The notes beneath the pieces are model-generated. The model was given only the letters and a program-made list of their open reading frames with translations. It made no database searches and had not been told where the DNA came from. Below are positions 44,597 to 52,501 of a stretch of DNA of 64,000 bases, piece after piece (positions within the stretch are counted from its first letter, which is position 1; each line of letters opens with the position of its first letter). A program made the position numbers and the translations under genes. The DNA comes from an uncultured delta proteobacterium (GTDB lineage Bacteria > Myxococcota_A > Polyangia > Polyangiales > Houyiibacteriaceae): the NCBI GenBank assembly GCA_963716775.1, contig CAVQUI010000004.1, positions 416,360 to 480,359 of the forward strand, given 5' to 3'.

Positions 44597-46196
44597 CCGG
44601 GGCTTGGAGCTGGTTGACGCGCAGGGCCTTGTCGGCCGTCGCCTTCGCGCGGAGCTGCTGAATGTAGAGGTCGACGGTCTCTCGCTTCTTGAGCGTCTGA
44701 AGAACTTCGCGGCCCGACTCGCGGACGGCGTCGGTGAACGCTGCTTCGTCCGGGCGCTGCCGATCGATGAGACGGAAGATCAGCCACTCGCGGCCGAGCT
44801 TCACCGGCTCGCTCGGAAATGCCTCGCCTTCGGGCAGGGAGAACACCGCATCGAGCAGCGCCGCAGTCGAAACGCCCGGCACGGGAGTGTCCGAACGACC
44901 GAAGTCGACCGTTTCGTCGAGCGTCGGTGTGAGGGCAGACTCGCCACTTTGTGAGGCCGCAGCCTCGAGCTTTCGCGCAACCGCGTCGTCATCCTGGTTC
45001 GCTCGCCACGACGCGAGGGTGCTTGCCGCCGCGTCGCGGGCCCGCGCTTCGAGCCAGTCTGCTCGGTAGAGGCCTTCGGCGAGCTCCTGCTTGGCCTCGT
45101 CCACCGGCACGTCGCCTTCCCGGACGGCGACCGCCTTGATCACGTGAAAGCCATACGGGGTTTCCACGACTTCGGAAATCTGGTCGACCTCCATCGAGAA
45201 GAGAACGTCGTCGAACGACTCTGGCATCGTTCCCTTACGAAGAAAGCCGATGTCGCCGCCCTTTTTGGCCGTTACCTGGTCGTCGCTGTTCTCGCTGGCG
45301 AGCTTCGCGAAATCCTCGCCCTTGGCGGCGCGCTTCTGTAGCGCCTCGGCTCGTTTCCGTGCCTCGGCCTTTTGCTCGTCGCTCGCGTACGACCCTGCCT
45401 TGATCAGGACGTGGCGGGCGCGAACCTGCTTCTCGAGGTTCGTGTACCGGTGCTTGTTGACCTCGTACTCGGCGCTCAGGCGGTCTTCGTTGTCTGCAAT
45501 CCAGGCTGCGAGCGCCGCATCGGAAGTCGGCGGCTTCTGTTGGAGGTAGTACGCCGGGGAGAAGCGGACGTACTTGATCTTCGCGCTGTCGTTCTCGCGG
45601 ACGTAGTCGTCCCAGACTTCAGCTTCGCTGACGCTGACCGTCGAAGCAACGAGCTCACGCATCCGCGCGGCCAGGTATTCGTCCACCTGTGCATCCGCGA
45701 ACTCGCCCACACTTCGGCGAAGCCCGTTCTGGATGTAGCGCTCGGCGAGGTCCTTGTTGAAGGCGCCGTCCTTGTCGGTAAACGAAACCGGAATCTCGCC
45801 CTGGGGAAGCATCGGCGGGGCTCCGACCCCGAGTGACAGCAAGATGATGCCTTCGTTGACGAAGCGCGCCATGACTTCATCTTGGCTAACCTCGAAACCG
45901 ACCTTGCGTGCCTCGCGCGCGAGCAGGGTGCGGTCGATGAGCCCATCGAGGACAAGCTGGGGCAGGCGCATCGAGCGTTGCGTCTCCTCGGGGAGTCTCC
46001 CGAAGTTCGCGACCGAGTACGCGGCCTCGAAGTCACCCCTGCTCAGCGTCTGGTCATAGACCCGCGCTAGATATGTGCTGCCGCCCGCTGCACAGCCTTC
46101 GGCCTGACCACCCCCAAATTGAAGGGCGAACACCGCCGAAAGCAGCACCACGAGAAGAACTAGAAAGAAGCCTTTGAACTTATCAACCATCGCCAA
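44583..46196 (-). CDS. membrane-anchored peptidyl-prolyl isomerase (PpiD/SurA-like, parvulin domain)
   Basis: N-terminal TM helix (FFLVLLVVLLSAVFALQ), SurA-N-like chaperone region, parvulin core (VRARHVLIKAG...FGFHVIKA). Confidence 0.85.
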   Translation of the reverse strand: MAMVDKFKGFFLVLLVVLLSAVFALQFGGGQAEGCAAGGSTYLARVYDQTLSRGDFEAAYSVANFGRLPEETQRSMRLPQLVLDGLIDRTLLAREARKVGFEVSQDEVMARFVNEGIILLSLGVGAPPMLPQGEIPVSFTDKDGAFNKDLAERYIQNGLRRSVGEFADAQVDEYLAARMRELVASTVSVSEAEVWDDYVRENDSAKIKYVRFSPAYYLQQKPPTSDAALAAWIADNEDRLSAEYEVNKHRYTNLEKQVRARHVLIKAGSYASDEQKAEARKRAEALQKRAAKGEDFAKLASENSDDQVTAKKGGDIGFLRKGTMPESFDDVLFSMEVDQISEVVETPYGFHVIKAVAVREGDVPVDEAKQELAEGLYRADWLEARARDAAASTLASWRANQDDDAVARKLEAAASQSGESALTPTLDETVDFGRSDTPVPGVSTAALLDAVFSLPEGEAFPSEPVKLGREWLIFRLIDRQRPDEAAFTDAVRESGREVLQTLKKRETVDLYIQQLRAKATADKALRVNQLQAPDGRS

Positions 46197-46317
46197 TTGC
46201 CGTTAAAGAGGCCGAACCATAGAGGAGAGGTCGCCTCGCGGCAAACAGTGGTTTTTCGGACCCTACTTGGCTCGGGAGTTGGCGTGATCGTTCAAGGAAT
46301 CTACACTCCGGTCTCGG

Positions 46318-46943
46318 GTGCGCGGAGCGCCTTCTGCTGGGGAAAGTGAGGGGCATGTGACCCAGGGCTCGAGCCTACCGCCACTGAAGAAGAACGATAG
46401 CAAGTACGGCATCATCGCCTTGGCCCTTCTGCTGATTGCCGGAGCCATCTGGTTCTTCGTCAGGGGCTGTGAATCCCCCCCGAGGCGGAGCCCGTCGAAG
46501 CCGTGCCGGAAGCCCCCGCTCGAGAGCAGTTCGCCGCCGAGATCGAAATCCCGGAGGAGGATGCCGGAGTCGATGCTGGCGAAGAAGAGCCGGCAGGCGA
46601 AAAGCCCAAGCAGGCCACGCAGAGCCGCCCGTCGGATTGGGTCTGCGACGGCACGCTTCAGCCGGCCCAACTCAGCTCAGTCATCCGGGGACAGCCGAGC
46701 AAGCAAGTGCAGACCTGCTATGAGCGCGCCCTGAAGGACAACAACATGCTTCAGGGGTCGATGAAGGTCCTACTCACCATCGGCGCGACCGGAAGCGTAC
46801 GAGCCGTCTCGGTCTCTGGTTCACTCGATGACCAGCAGGTTTACAACTGTGTCAAGCGCGTCGCGAAGACCTGGAAGTTCCCGAAGCCGGAAAACGGTTG
46901 CGTGCGCACCGAGGTGCCTTTCCAAATGACACCGAAGCTCTGA
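46318..46943 (+). pseudogene. AgmX/PglI-type TonB-C-like domain membrane protein; frame changes at a C7 tract
   Basis: N-terminal part with a TM helix (YGIIALALLLIAGAIWFFV) is in the frame of 46318. The acidic linker and C-terminal domain (QTCYERALKDNNMLQGSMKVLLTIGATGSVRAVSVSG...CVKRVAKTWKFPKP) are in the frame of 46503. The two frames join exactly at CCCCCCC, 46475-46481. Confidence 0.65.
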
Positions 46944-46948
46944 GGAGC

Positions 46949-47980
46949 TCAGGCGTTCGCGAATCGCAGCACGTCCGCGACGTCGTCCGTGCTTCCCATG
47001 AATACGGGCGTTCGCTGATGGAGCTCTTCGGGCTGGATGGTGAGGATCCGCCTCGTGCCATCCGAAGCGGCGCCGCCAGCGGCTTCGACGAGAAACGCCA
47101 TCGGTGAGGCTTCGTAGAGGAGTCGAAGCTTGCCCTTCTCGTTCTTCACGTCCGGCGGATAGACGAAGACACCGCCGCGAAGCAGGGTCCTGTGCAGGTC
47201 GGCAACCATCGCGCCGATGTAGCGCAAGCGGTAGGCCTTCTTGCCGTCGGAGGGGGTCTTGATCCAGTCGACCCAGCGCTGAATGCCCTCGTGCCAGCTG
47301 TGGTAGTTGCCCTCGTTGATCGAGTAGATGCCGCCGCGCTGGGGAACCTTGATGTTCGGGTGCGACAGGAAGAACTCGCCCACGCCTGGGTCGTATGTGA
47401 AACCGTCGACTTGGTCGCCGGTCGAGTAGACCAGCATGTTGGACGAGCCGTAGATCACGTAGCCGGCGGCCACGATGTCGCTTCCAGGCTGCAAGAGATC
47501 CTTCAAGGTTCCTGGCCCGCCGTCCGGTGTGAGGCGACGATGAATTGAAAAGATCGTTCCGATCGATGCGTTGATGTCGATGTTGCCCGAGCCGTCCAGA
47601 GGATCGAATTGCAGGACGTACTTGCCTTGCGGGTACTGCGAGGGGATCTGAATGGGCTCTTCGACCTCTTCGCTCCCCATCACGCAGACGTGCCCGCCTG
47701 CCTCGACCGTGCTCACGATCACGCTGTTGGCAAAGTCGTCGAGCTTCTGGACCTGCTCGCCCTGGACATTTGTCGTCCCGGTTCGTCCGAGGATCCCCGA
47801 AAGCCCGGCTTTGCTGACTCGGCTGCCGATGATTTTGGCTGCCAGGCTGATTTGCTGGAAAAGCCCTGTGAAATCACCGGTTGCCTCGGGCATGCGCCGC
47901 TGGCGATCGAGCAGGTGCCGCTCTAGGGTCGTTCCAATGGGGCTGACTTGGGCCGGGCCGATCGACGGTGCACTGTTCAT
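46949..47980 (-). CDS. fbp: class 1 fructose-1,6-bisphosphatase
   Basis: FBPase class 1 pattern (TLERHLL...GDFTGLFQQISLAAKII, GEQVQKLDDFAN, FDPLDGSGNIDIN, GYVIYGSS, YIGAMVADLHRTLLRGGVFVYP). Start at ATG 47980. Confidence 0.9.
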   Translation of the reverse strand: MNSAPSIGPAQVSPIGTTLERHLLDRQRRMPEATGDFTGLFQQISLAAKIIGSRVSKAGLSGILGRTGTTNVQGEQVQKLDDFANSVIVSTVEAGGHVCVMGSEEVEEPIQIPSQYPQGKYVLQFDPLDGSGNIDINASIGTIFSIHRRLTPDGGPGTLKDLLQPGSDIVAAGYVIYGSSNMLVYSTGDQVDGFTYDPGVGEFFLSHPNIKVPQRGGIYSINEGNYHSWHEGIQRWVDWIKTPSDGKKAYRLRYIGAMVADLHRTLLRGGVFVYPPDVKNEKGKLRLLYEASPMAFLVEAAGGAASDGTRRILTIQPEELHQRTPVFMGSTDDVADVLRFANA

Positions 47981-48083
47981 GGGTGCGGGGCATACCAGAG
48001 GCCCTCGGAGCGCGCCAGGAGCCCCAAAACGAGGGTGGCCGTTCATGGTTGCGATGCTGTAAACTTACCGTGGTGGGGCACGA

Positions 48084-48881
48084 GTGACGAACTTTCGCAA
48101 TTGGTTGAAGAACACCCAAGAGCGCCGCGCCGGGACACCCCGGCTCAGAACGATGCAGGGTCTCCCCGACGTGCTCACGCTCGGCAACCTCAGCGTGGTG
48201 TATCAGCCGATCGTTTCGCTCAGCACGATGGAGCCATTCGCCCACGAGGCACTGGTTCGAAGCAACTCGCCGCACTGGGTCAACCCGCCGAAGCTCTTCG
48301 ACGAGGCGATTCAGTCTAGGTGCGTGGGCGCCTTGGGCCGCGCGATTCGCGAGCTCTCCATTGCGCATTGCCCTGGGATGCCGCTGTTTCTCAACGTGCA
48401 CCCCAACGAGTTCGACGAGTCTTGGCTCGTGCAGCCGGACGACCCCATCTTCACTCACGATTCGCCGATCTATCTCGAGGTGACCGAGTCGGTTCCGCTA
48501 ACCCATTTCGCATACTGCCACAGTGTTCTTCGCGAGATTCGGGGCAAGGGGGTTGCGCTTGCGGTCGACGACCTGGGCGCCGGCTACTCGAACTTGAAGT
48601 ACATCGCCGACCTCAGGCCCGAGGTGGTCAAGCTCGATCGGACCTTAGTCGCCGACCTTGCCGACGATCGCCGTGCGCAGGTCTTGGTTCGTCACATCGT
48701 GCAGCTTTGTCACGAGCTCGGGGCGCGCGTCGTCGCCGAGGGCATCGAGCTCGAAAGCGAAATGAAGGTCGTCATCGATTGCGGCGCAGACTACGGTCAA
48801 GGCTACTACTTTGCGCGCCCGGCGTACCCTGCGCCTGGCGTCAGTGAAGCGCCGCTCGAAGTCATCCGGAAGCTCGCCTAG
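48084..48881 (+). CDS. stand-alone EAL domain c-di-GMP phosphodiesterase
   Basis: YQPIVSL...HEALVR, NVHPNE, LEVTE, DDLGAGYSNLKYI, KLDRTLV, AEGIE, GQGYYF. All catalytic positions appear intact. No sensor domain. Confidence 0.85.
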   Translation: MTNFRNWLKNTQERRAGTPRLRTMQGLPDVLTLGNLSVVYQPIVSLSTMEPFAHEALVRSNSPHWVNPPKLFDEAIQSRCVGALGRAIRELSIAHCPGMPLFLNVHPNEFDESWLVQPDDPIFTHDSPIYLEVTESVPLTHFAYCHSVLREIRGKGVALAVDDLGAGYSNLKYIADLRPEVVKLDRTLVADLADDRRAQVLVRHIVQLCHELGARVVAEGIELESEMKVVIDCGADYGQGYYFARPAYPAPGVSEAPLEVIRKLA

Positions 48882-48891
48882 CCAGCGCGTT

Positions 48892-50568
48892 TCAGAATGG
48901 GACGGACTGGTAGCTGACGTCCCCGGCTTCGTGGCCTTGGACTTCGAGGATCGCGCTCACGCGCTGCCCTTCGGGCCCACGCTGCATCGAGACGACGATG
49001 TCGACCGCGCTGGCGAGCAGTTGCGCGACGTAGGTTCGGTCCGCTCCGGCGGAGCCCACGGCTAGCATGAGACCCTCGATGGCGTCTTTGGTGCTCCAGC
49101 AATGCACCCCGAGCAGGTGTCCCGGCTCACGCCCGAGCACCGCGGTCAGTGCGCTCATCGTGTCCGGCCCGCAGAGGTCGTTGATCACGAGATGCTCCGC
49201 GTGCAGTCGCGCTCCGTGCCCGATCGCTTCGCTCAGCGGGATGCCCGAGTCGGCGGCGGTTAGGGAGATCAGCCAGTCTCGATCGATGTCGAGCTCGGGA
49301 ATGGTCTCGATGGCGACCGTATTGTCGCTCGATGGAAGCTCGCGGACCAATGCGGACATGAGCTTGGTCACCCCCGAGCCGCGGGGCCCGGCGACGACGA
49401 TGTTGCGGCACTCCGCGACAGCCTTCGCCAGGTAGGTCGCTGCATCGGTGCTCATCCAGCCCTTCTCGGAGAGTTGCTCGAGCGAGTTCGCGTCGTGCAT
49501 TCGCAACTCGATGACGCAGGCGTTCATGACCAGCGGCGGCTGCAGGATCGTCAGGCTCGGGCCAAACGAGAGCCGTCCGTGAAGTACCGATCGACCTTCG
49601 AGCGCTTGACCGCTTTCCGCCGCGAGGCGCCGCGCGACCCTGTGCAGGGCGCTCTCGGAAGAGAACTTCAACGGTGCGGCTTCGAGCCCTTCGCCCTTGT
49701 CCACGAATATGTTTTCGGGTCCGTTGACGACGATGGTGCGCACCGATTCGTCGGAGAGCAGATCATCGAGAGCGCCCAAACCCACCGCTTCGTGCAGTGC
49801 TGCATGCGCCACATCGCGCATGTCCAATTCGGCGTGAACCAAGCCGTCGGTTTGCATCGCGAGGAACGTCTCGGCGATTGCCGCGCGCGCAGCCGACCAA
49901 CGCTCCTGATTCTTCATTGACGCTGGATCGATGTCGTCCATATCCATGCGCTCGGCGAGACGGCTCAACAAGGTGTTCAGCGGATCGCCGATCGAAATTC
50001 CGGTTTCGGTCTTCGCACGGGCTCGGGGCAGGCTGGTCTCTCTTCGCGGAAGCGGCAGGCTGGTTTCTCTACGTGGAATACGAGGAGGCGCTGCAGTGAC
50101 CGCTACGTCGGGTTTGAGCGCGGTCAAGCTCGAGCCTCCTGGCGTCGCTCGCCGCGCGGCCGTGGAGCGCCTCATCGGTACCGAGCTCGCCGCGGGCATC
50201 ACGGACTTGTCGGGCAAGGGAGGCGGTTCGGACACCCGCGGCATCGAACCCGCCGTCTCCGAGCGTTCGTCCACTGTTTCGAGCGTAATGATGAAGTCGG
50301 CGATGTAGATCTTGTCGCCCTGCTTCAGCGGCTGAGCCGAGGTGATTTTGCGGCCGTTGACCCAGGTGCCATTCGTGCTGTTTAGATCGACGACTACCGG
50401 CTGTTCGTCCTGTAGCGTGAGGCGCGCATGCTGCTTGGACACGTTGCGCTTCGACAAGACGATGTCGTTACCCTGGACGCGACCCAGCGTCAGCTCCGGC
50501 TTTGAAAAATCAAGCCTGCGCCGGACGCCCCCCTCATCGGTGATCACAACCGCGTACATCCCGTTCAT
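48892..50568 (-). CDS. FHA domain protein fused to a divergent T2SS/T4SS (CpaF/TadA-like) ATPase domain
   Basis: N-terminal FHA (LTLGRVQGNDIVLSKRNVSKQHARL...STNGTWVNG). Pro/Arg-rich linker with an RRETSLP duplication. The C-terminal secretion-ATPase fold has atypical motifs (Walker A GPRGSGVT at nt 49366-49389, ETIPEL, LVINDLCG, GHLLGVHC). Confidence 0.85.
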   Translation of the reverse strand: MNGMYAVVITDEGGVRRRLDFSKPELTLGRVQGNDIVLSKRNVSKQHARLTLQDEQPVVVDLNSTNGTWVNGRKITSAQPLKQGDKIYIADFIITLETVDERSETAGSMPRVSEPPPLPDKSVMPAASSVPMRRSTAARRATPGGSSLTALKPDVAVTAAPPRIPRRETSLPLPRRETSLPRARAKTETGISIGDPLNTLLSRLAERMDMDDIDPASMKNQERWSAARAAIAETFLAMQTDGLVHAELDMRDVAHAALHEAVGLGALDDLLSDESVRTIVVNGPENIFVDKGEGLEAAPLKFSSESALHRVARRLAAESGQALEGRSVLHGRLSFGPSLTILQPPLVMNACVIELRMHDANSLEQLSEKGWMSTDAATYLAKAVAECRNIVVAGPRGSGVTKLMSALVRELPSSDNTVAIETIPELDIDRDWLISLTAADSGIPLSEAIGHGARLHAEHLVINDLCGPDTMSALTAVLGREPGHLLGVHCWSTKDAIEGLMLAVGSAGADRTYVAQLLASAVDIVVSMQRGPEGQRVSAILEVQGHEAGDVSYQSVPF

Positions 50569-50794
50569 CCATTCAAGATGGGGAGGAGCCTGGCGTCAAG
50601 TCAGCGCCAATTCTCGCCCCAGCGGATGAGGCCAGACCAGCGCACCCCCTTGCCGCCTCAGGCCGATAAATATCTGAGATCACTGTATTTTAGCGACTGC
50701 GATGCTCCGCTTTCACTGCCTTAGGGTTAAAAAACGGCACCCCCTGGCCGGAATCGGTTCCACCGAAGGGGTCAACTGGGTTAGCTTACGCGGC

Positions 50795-51436
50795 ATGCCG
50801 GGAGGGTTTTTGATTGTCGAGGATGAGCCGACACTGGCTCGGACCCTCGCACGTACGTTTGGGCGTCACGGTCCGGTCGAGGTCGTGCACAGCATGGGCG
50901 CGGCCCGTGAACAGCTGAAGAACCACGAGGAGTGGACCGGCGTCGTGCTGGACCTGATCTTGCCCGATGGATACGGCTTGGACCTGCTTGCCGAGATCCG
51001 GCAGGTACATGGCGCGCTGCCAGTGCTCGTTCTCACGGGTGAGCTCAATCGTGATGTAGTTAACAAAGTTCAGACCATGCGCGGCGAGTATGTGTGTAAG
51101 CCCGCATCGGCGGACAACCTCAATCCGTTCATTCAGCGCGCGCTGGCCCAGGAGCGCGTCGACGACGCAGCCATCGGGCAACGCATCGAGCACTTGGCCC
51201 GCCAACTCAAGCTCACGCGTCGCGAAACCGAGCTTCTCACGCTTTCGGTCGATGGTCTGTCGCGCAAGGAGCTCGCCGACTCGCTCGGGGTCGCGGAGAA
51301 CACCGTCAAGGCCCAGATTCGCTCGCTCTTGAAAAAGAGTGGTGCGCGGAGCCTCGCAACCCTGGCGCAGAAGGTCATCAAAGGGGCGACGCGCGACACC
51401 GTCCCGCCCGGGGCGCCCGCGGACCTCAGCGACTGA
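50795..51436 (+). CDS. LuxR/FixJ-family response regulator
   Basis: Receiver (FLIVEDEP...VVLDLILPDG...KP) plus a C-terminal LuxR HTH (TRRETELLTLSVDGLSRKELADSLGVAENTVKAQIRSLLKK). Start at ATG 50795. Confidence 0.85.
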   Translation: MPGGFLIVEDEPTLARTLARTFGRHGPVEVVHSMGAAREQLKNHEEWTGVVLDLILPDGYGLDLLAEIRQVHGALPVLVLTGELNRDVVNKVQTMRGEYVCKPASADNLNPFIQRALAQERVDDAAIGQRIEHLARQLKLTRRETELLTLSVDGLSRKELADSLGVAENTVKAQIRSLLKKSGARSLATLAQKVIKGATRDTVPPGAPADLSD

Positions 51437-52313
51437 GCTGGACTTCCACCAGGGCTAGGTCTTGCTCAATGTGCGCACGGCTTTCGGGGGGCGCGCTTGC
51501 CGCTCGTCCGCCGATGAGCAACTTGACGCGTTTCGGAATCGCGCTTTCGATCTCAGCGATTTCTCTTTGGGAATCCTTGGGCTTCAAGTTGGTGATCGAC
51601 AACATGAGAAGCTCGGCGTTCGTGTCGGTCACCGCGTAGGCGATCTCTTCGGCCGGTAGGTCAGGGCCGAGGTAGAGCACGCTCCATCCGTGCATCGCCG
51701 CCAACATCGCCACCATGAGCGCACCGAGCTCGTGATTCTCTTTGGCGGGCGTCGCAATGACCGCCCGGCGTCTCGAGTCGTTCACGGGATAGAGGCGCAT
51801 CAGCGAGAAGAGTAGGCCGCGCATGATCGTCGAGCAGGCGTGCTCGTGTGCGATGCGAAGCTCACCGCGTTGCCAGCGGTCACCAATCTCGACGAGGATT
51901 GGTGCGACCAAGGTCTTCAAGAACTCGCTGGGCTCGGTGCTCAAGGCAGCTCGTGAGAGCATCTGTTCGGCCTCTTCGATGTGAAGCTCCTCGATCGCCG
52001 TCATCACGCGCGCTCGAAGCTCTGGTAGATGTTGCAGCGCCGGCGGACTCGATGTCTGCGGGAACGAGGCCGCCATGTGTCGAAGATCGACATTCGGTAA
52101 CTTCGCGATCCCGCCGATCGAATGACCGCTCTCGACGAGCTTCTGCAACAGCCGAAGCCTTTCGACGTCTGCATCGGTGTAGAGGCGTCCGCCAGCCTCG
52201 GTCCGCTTGGGCACGACCGCCGCGTAGCGCTTCTCCCACATGCGCAGGGCGTGGGTGGAGAGCCCCGTCATCTTCGAGACCATGCCCACCCGGTATTTTG
52301 CTTCGTCCGCCAC
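51426..52313 (-). CDS. carH: MerR-family, cobalamin-binding light-responsive transcriptional regulator (CarH/LitR type)
   Basis: N-terminal MerR HTH (YRVGMVSKMTGLSTHALRMWEKRY). W-x9-EH motif (WQRGELRIAHEH). B12-binding motif E-x-H-x2-G-x41-S-x-T-x26-GG (ENHELG...LSIT...LIGG), with spacings counted directly from the translation. Confidence 0.85.
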   Translation of the reverse strand: MADEAKYRVGMVSKMTGLSTHALRMWEKRYAAVVPKRTEAGGRLYTDADVERLRLLQKLVESGHSIGGIAKLPNVDLRHMAASFPQTSSPPALQHLPELRARVMTAIEELHIEEAEQMLSRAALSTEPSEFLKTLVAPILVEIGDRWQRGELRIAHEHACSTIMRGLLFSLMRLYPVNDSRRRAVIATPAKENHELGALMVAMLAAMHGWSVLYLGPDLPAEEIAYAVTDTNAELLMLSITNLKPKDSQREIAEIESAIPKRVKLLIGGRAASAPPESRAHIEQDLALVEVQLSR

Positions 52314-52344
52314 TTCCAGCCTCTGGGCCGGTCGAAAACCGACT

Positions 52345-52377
52345 CCGTTCAGAATTTGTCTAGGGATTGTCTATATC
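52345..52377 (-). promoter_or_regulatory. candidate CarH operator B (three tandem 11-bp repeats, degenerate) upstream of carH
   Basis: On the minus strand: gAtaTagACAa (5/5 consensus positions), tCccTagACAa (4/5), aTtcTgaACGg (3/5) against nAnnTnnACAn. It lies 32-64 nt upstream of the carH GTG. Repeat 1 overlaps a possible -10 (TATAGA) of a TTGATT-N15-TATAGA promoter-like element. Confidence 0.45.
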
Positions 52378-52426
52378 CTGCAATCTCCGAAATCAAGCAG
52401 GAAGCAAAAAAAGTGAAGCTCTACGC

Positions 52427-52454
52427 TTGACTCAGAAATGAATGTCCGTATAAA
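52427..52454 (+). promoter_or_regulatory. sigma70-like promoter for the DUF4397 gene (TTGACT-N16-TATAAA)
   Basis: TTGACT at 52427-52432 and TATAAA at 52449-52454, with a 16-nt spacer. It sits in a locally AT-rich island with an A7 tract at 52406-52412, inside an otherwise GC-rich sequence. A GGAGG RBS lies at 52489-52493, 8 nt before ATG 52502. Confidence 0.5.
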
Positions 52455-52485
52455 ACTCAACAAGACCTAGACATGACTTAGACAG
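52453..52485 (+). promoter_or_regulatory. candidate CarH operator A: three contiguous 11-bp direct repeats perfectly matching nAnnTnnACAn
   Basis: aAacTcaACAa (52453-52463), gAccTagACAt (52464-52474), gActTagACAg (52475-52485). 15 of 15 consensus positions match. It starts at the -10 hexamer and ends 16 nt before the start codon of the DUF4397 gene. Confidence 0.65.
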
Positions 52486-52501
52486 GTCGGAGGAATAGAC
52501 A

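Noticed and set aside
50569-50794. 226-bp divergent intergenic region between the FHA-ATPase and LuxR regulator genes, checked for an RNA gene or repeat
   Set aside because: It has only weak 4-5 bp hairpins and an AT-rich patch. I found no tRNA-like cloverleaf, no long inverted repeat and no convincing promoter hexamers at proper spacing.
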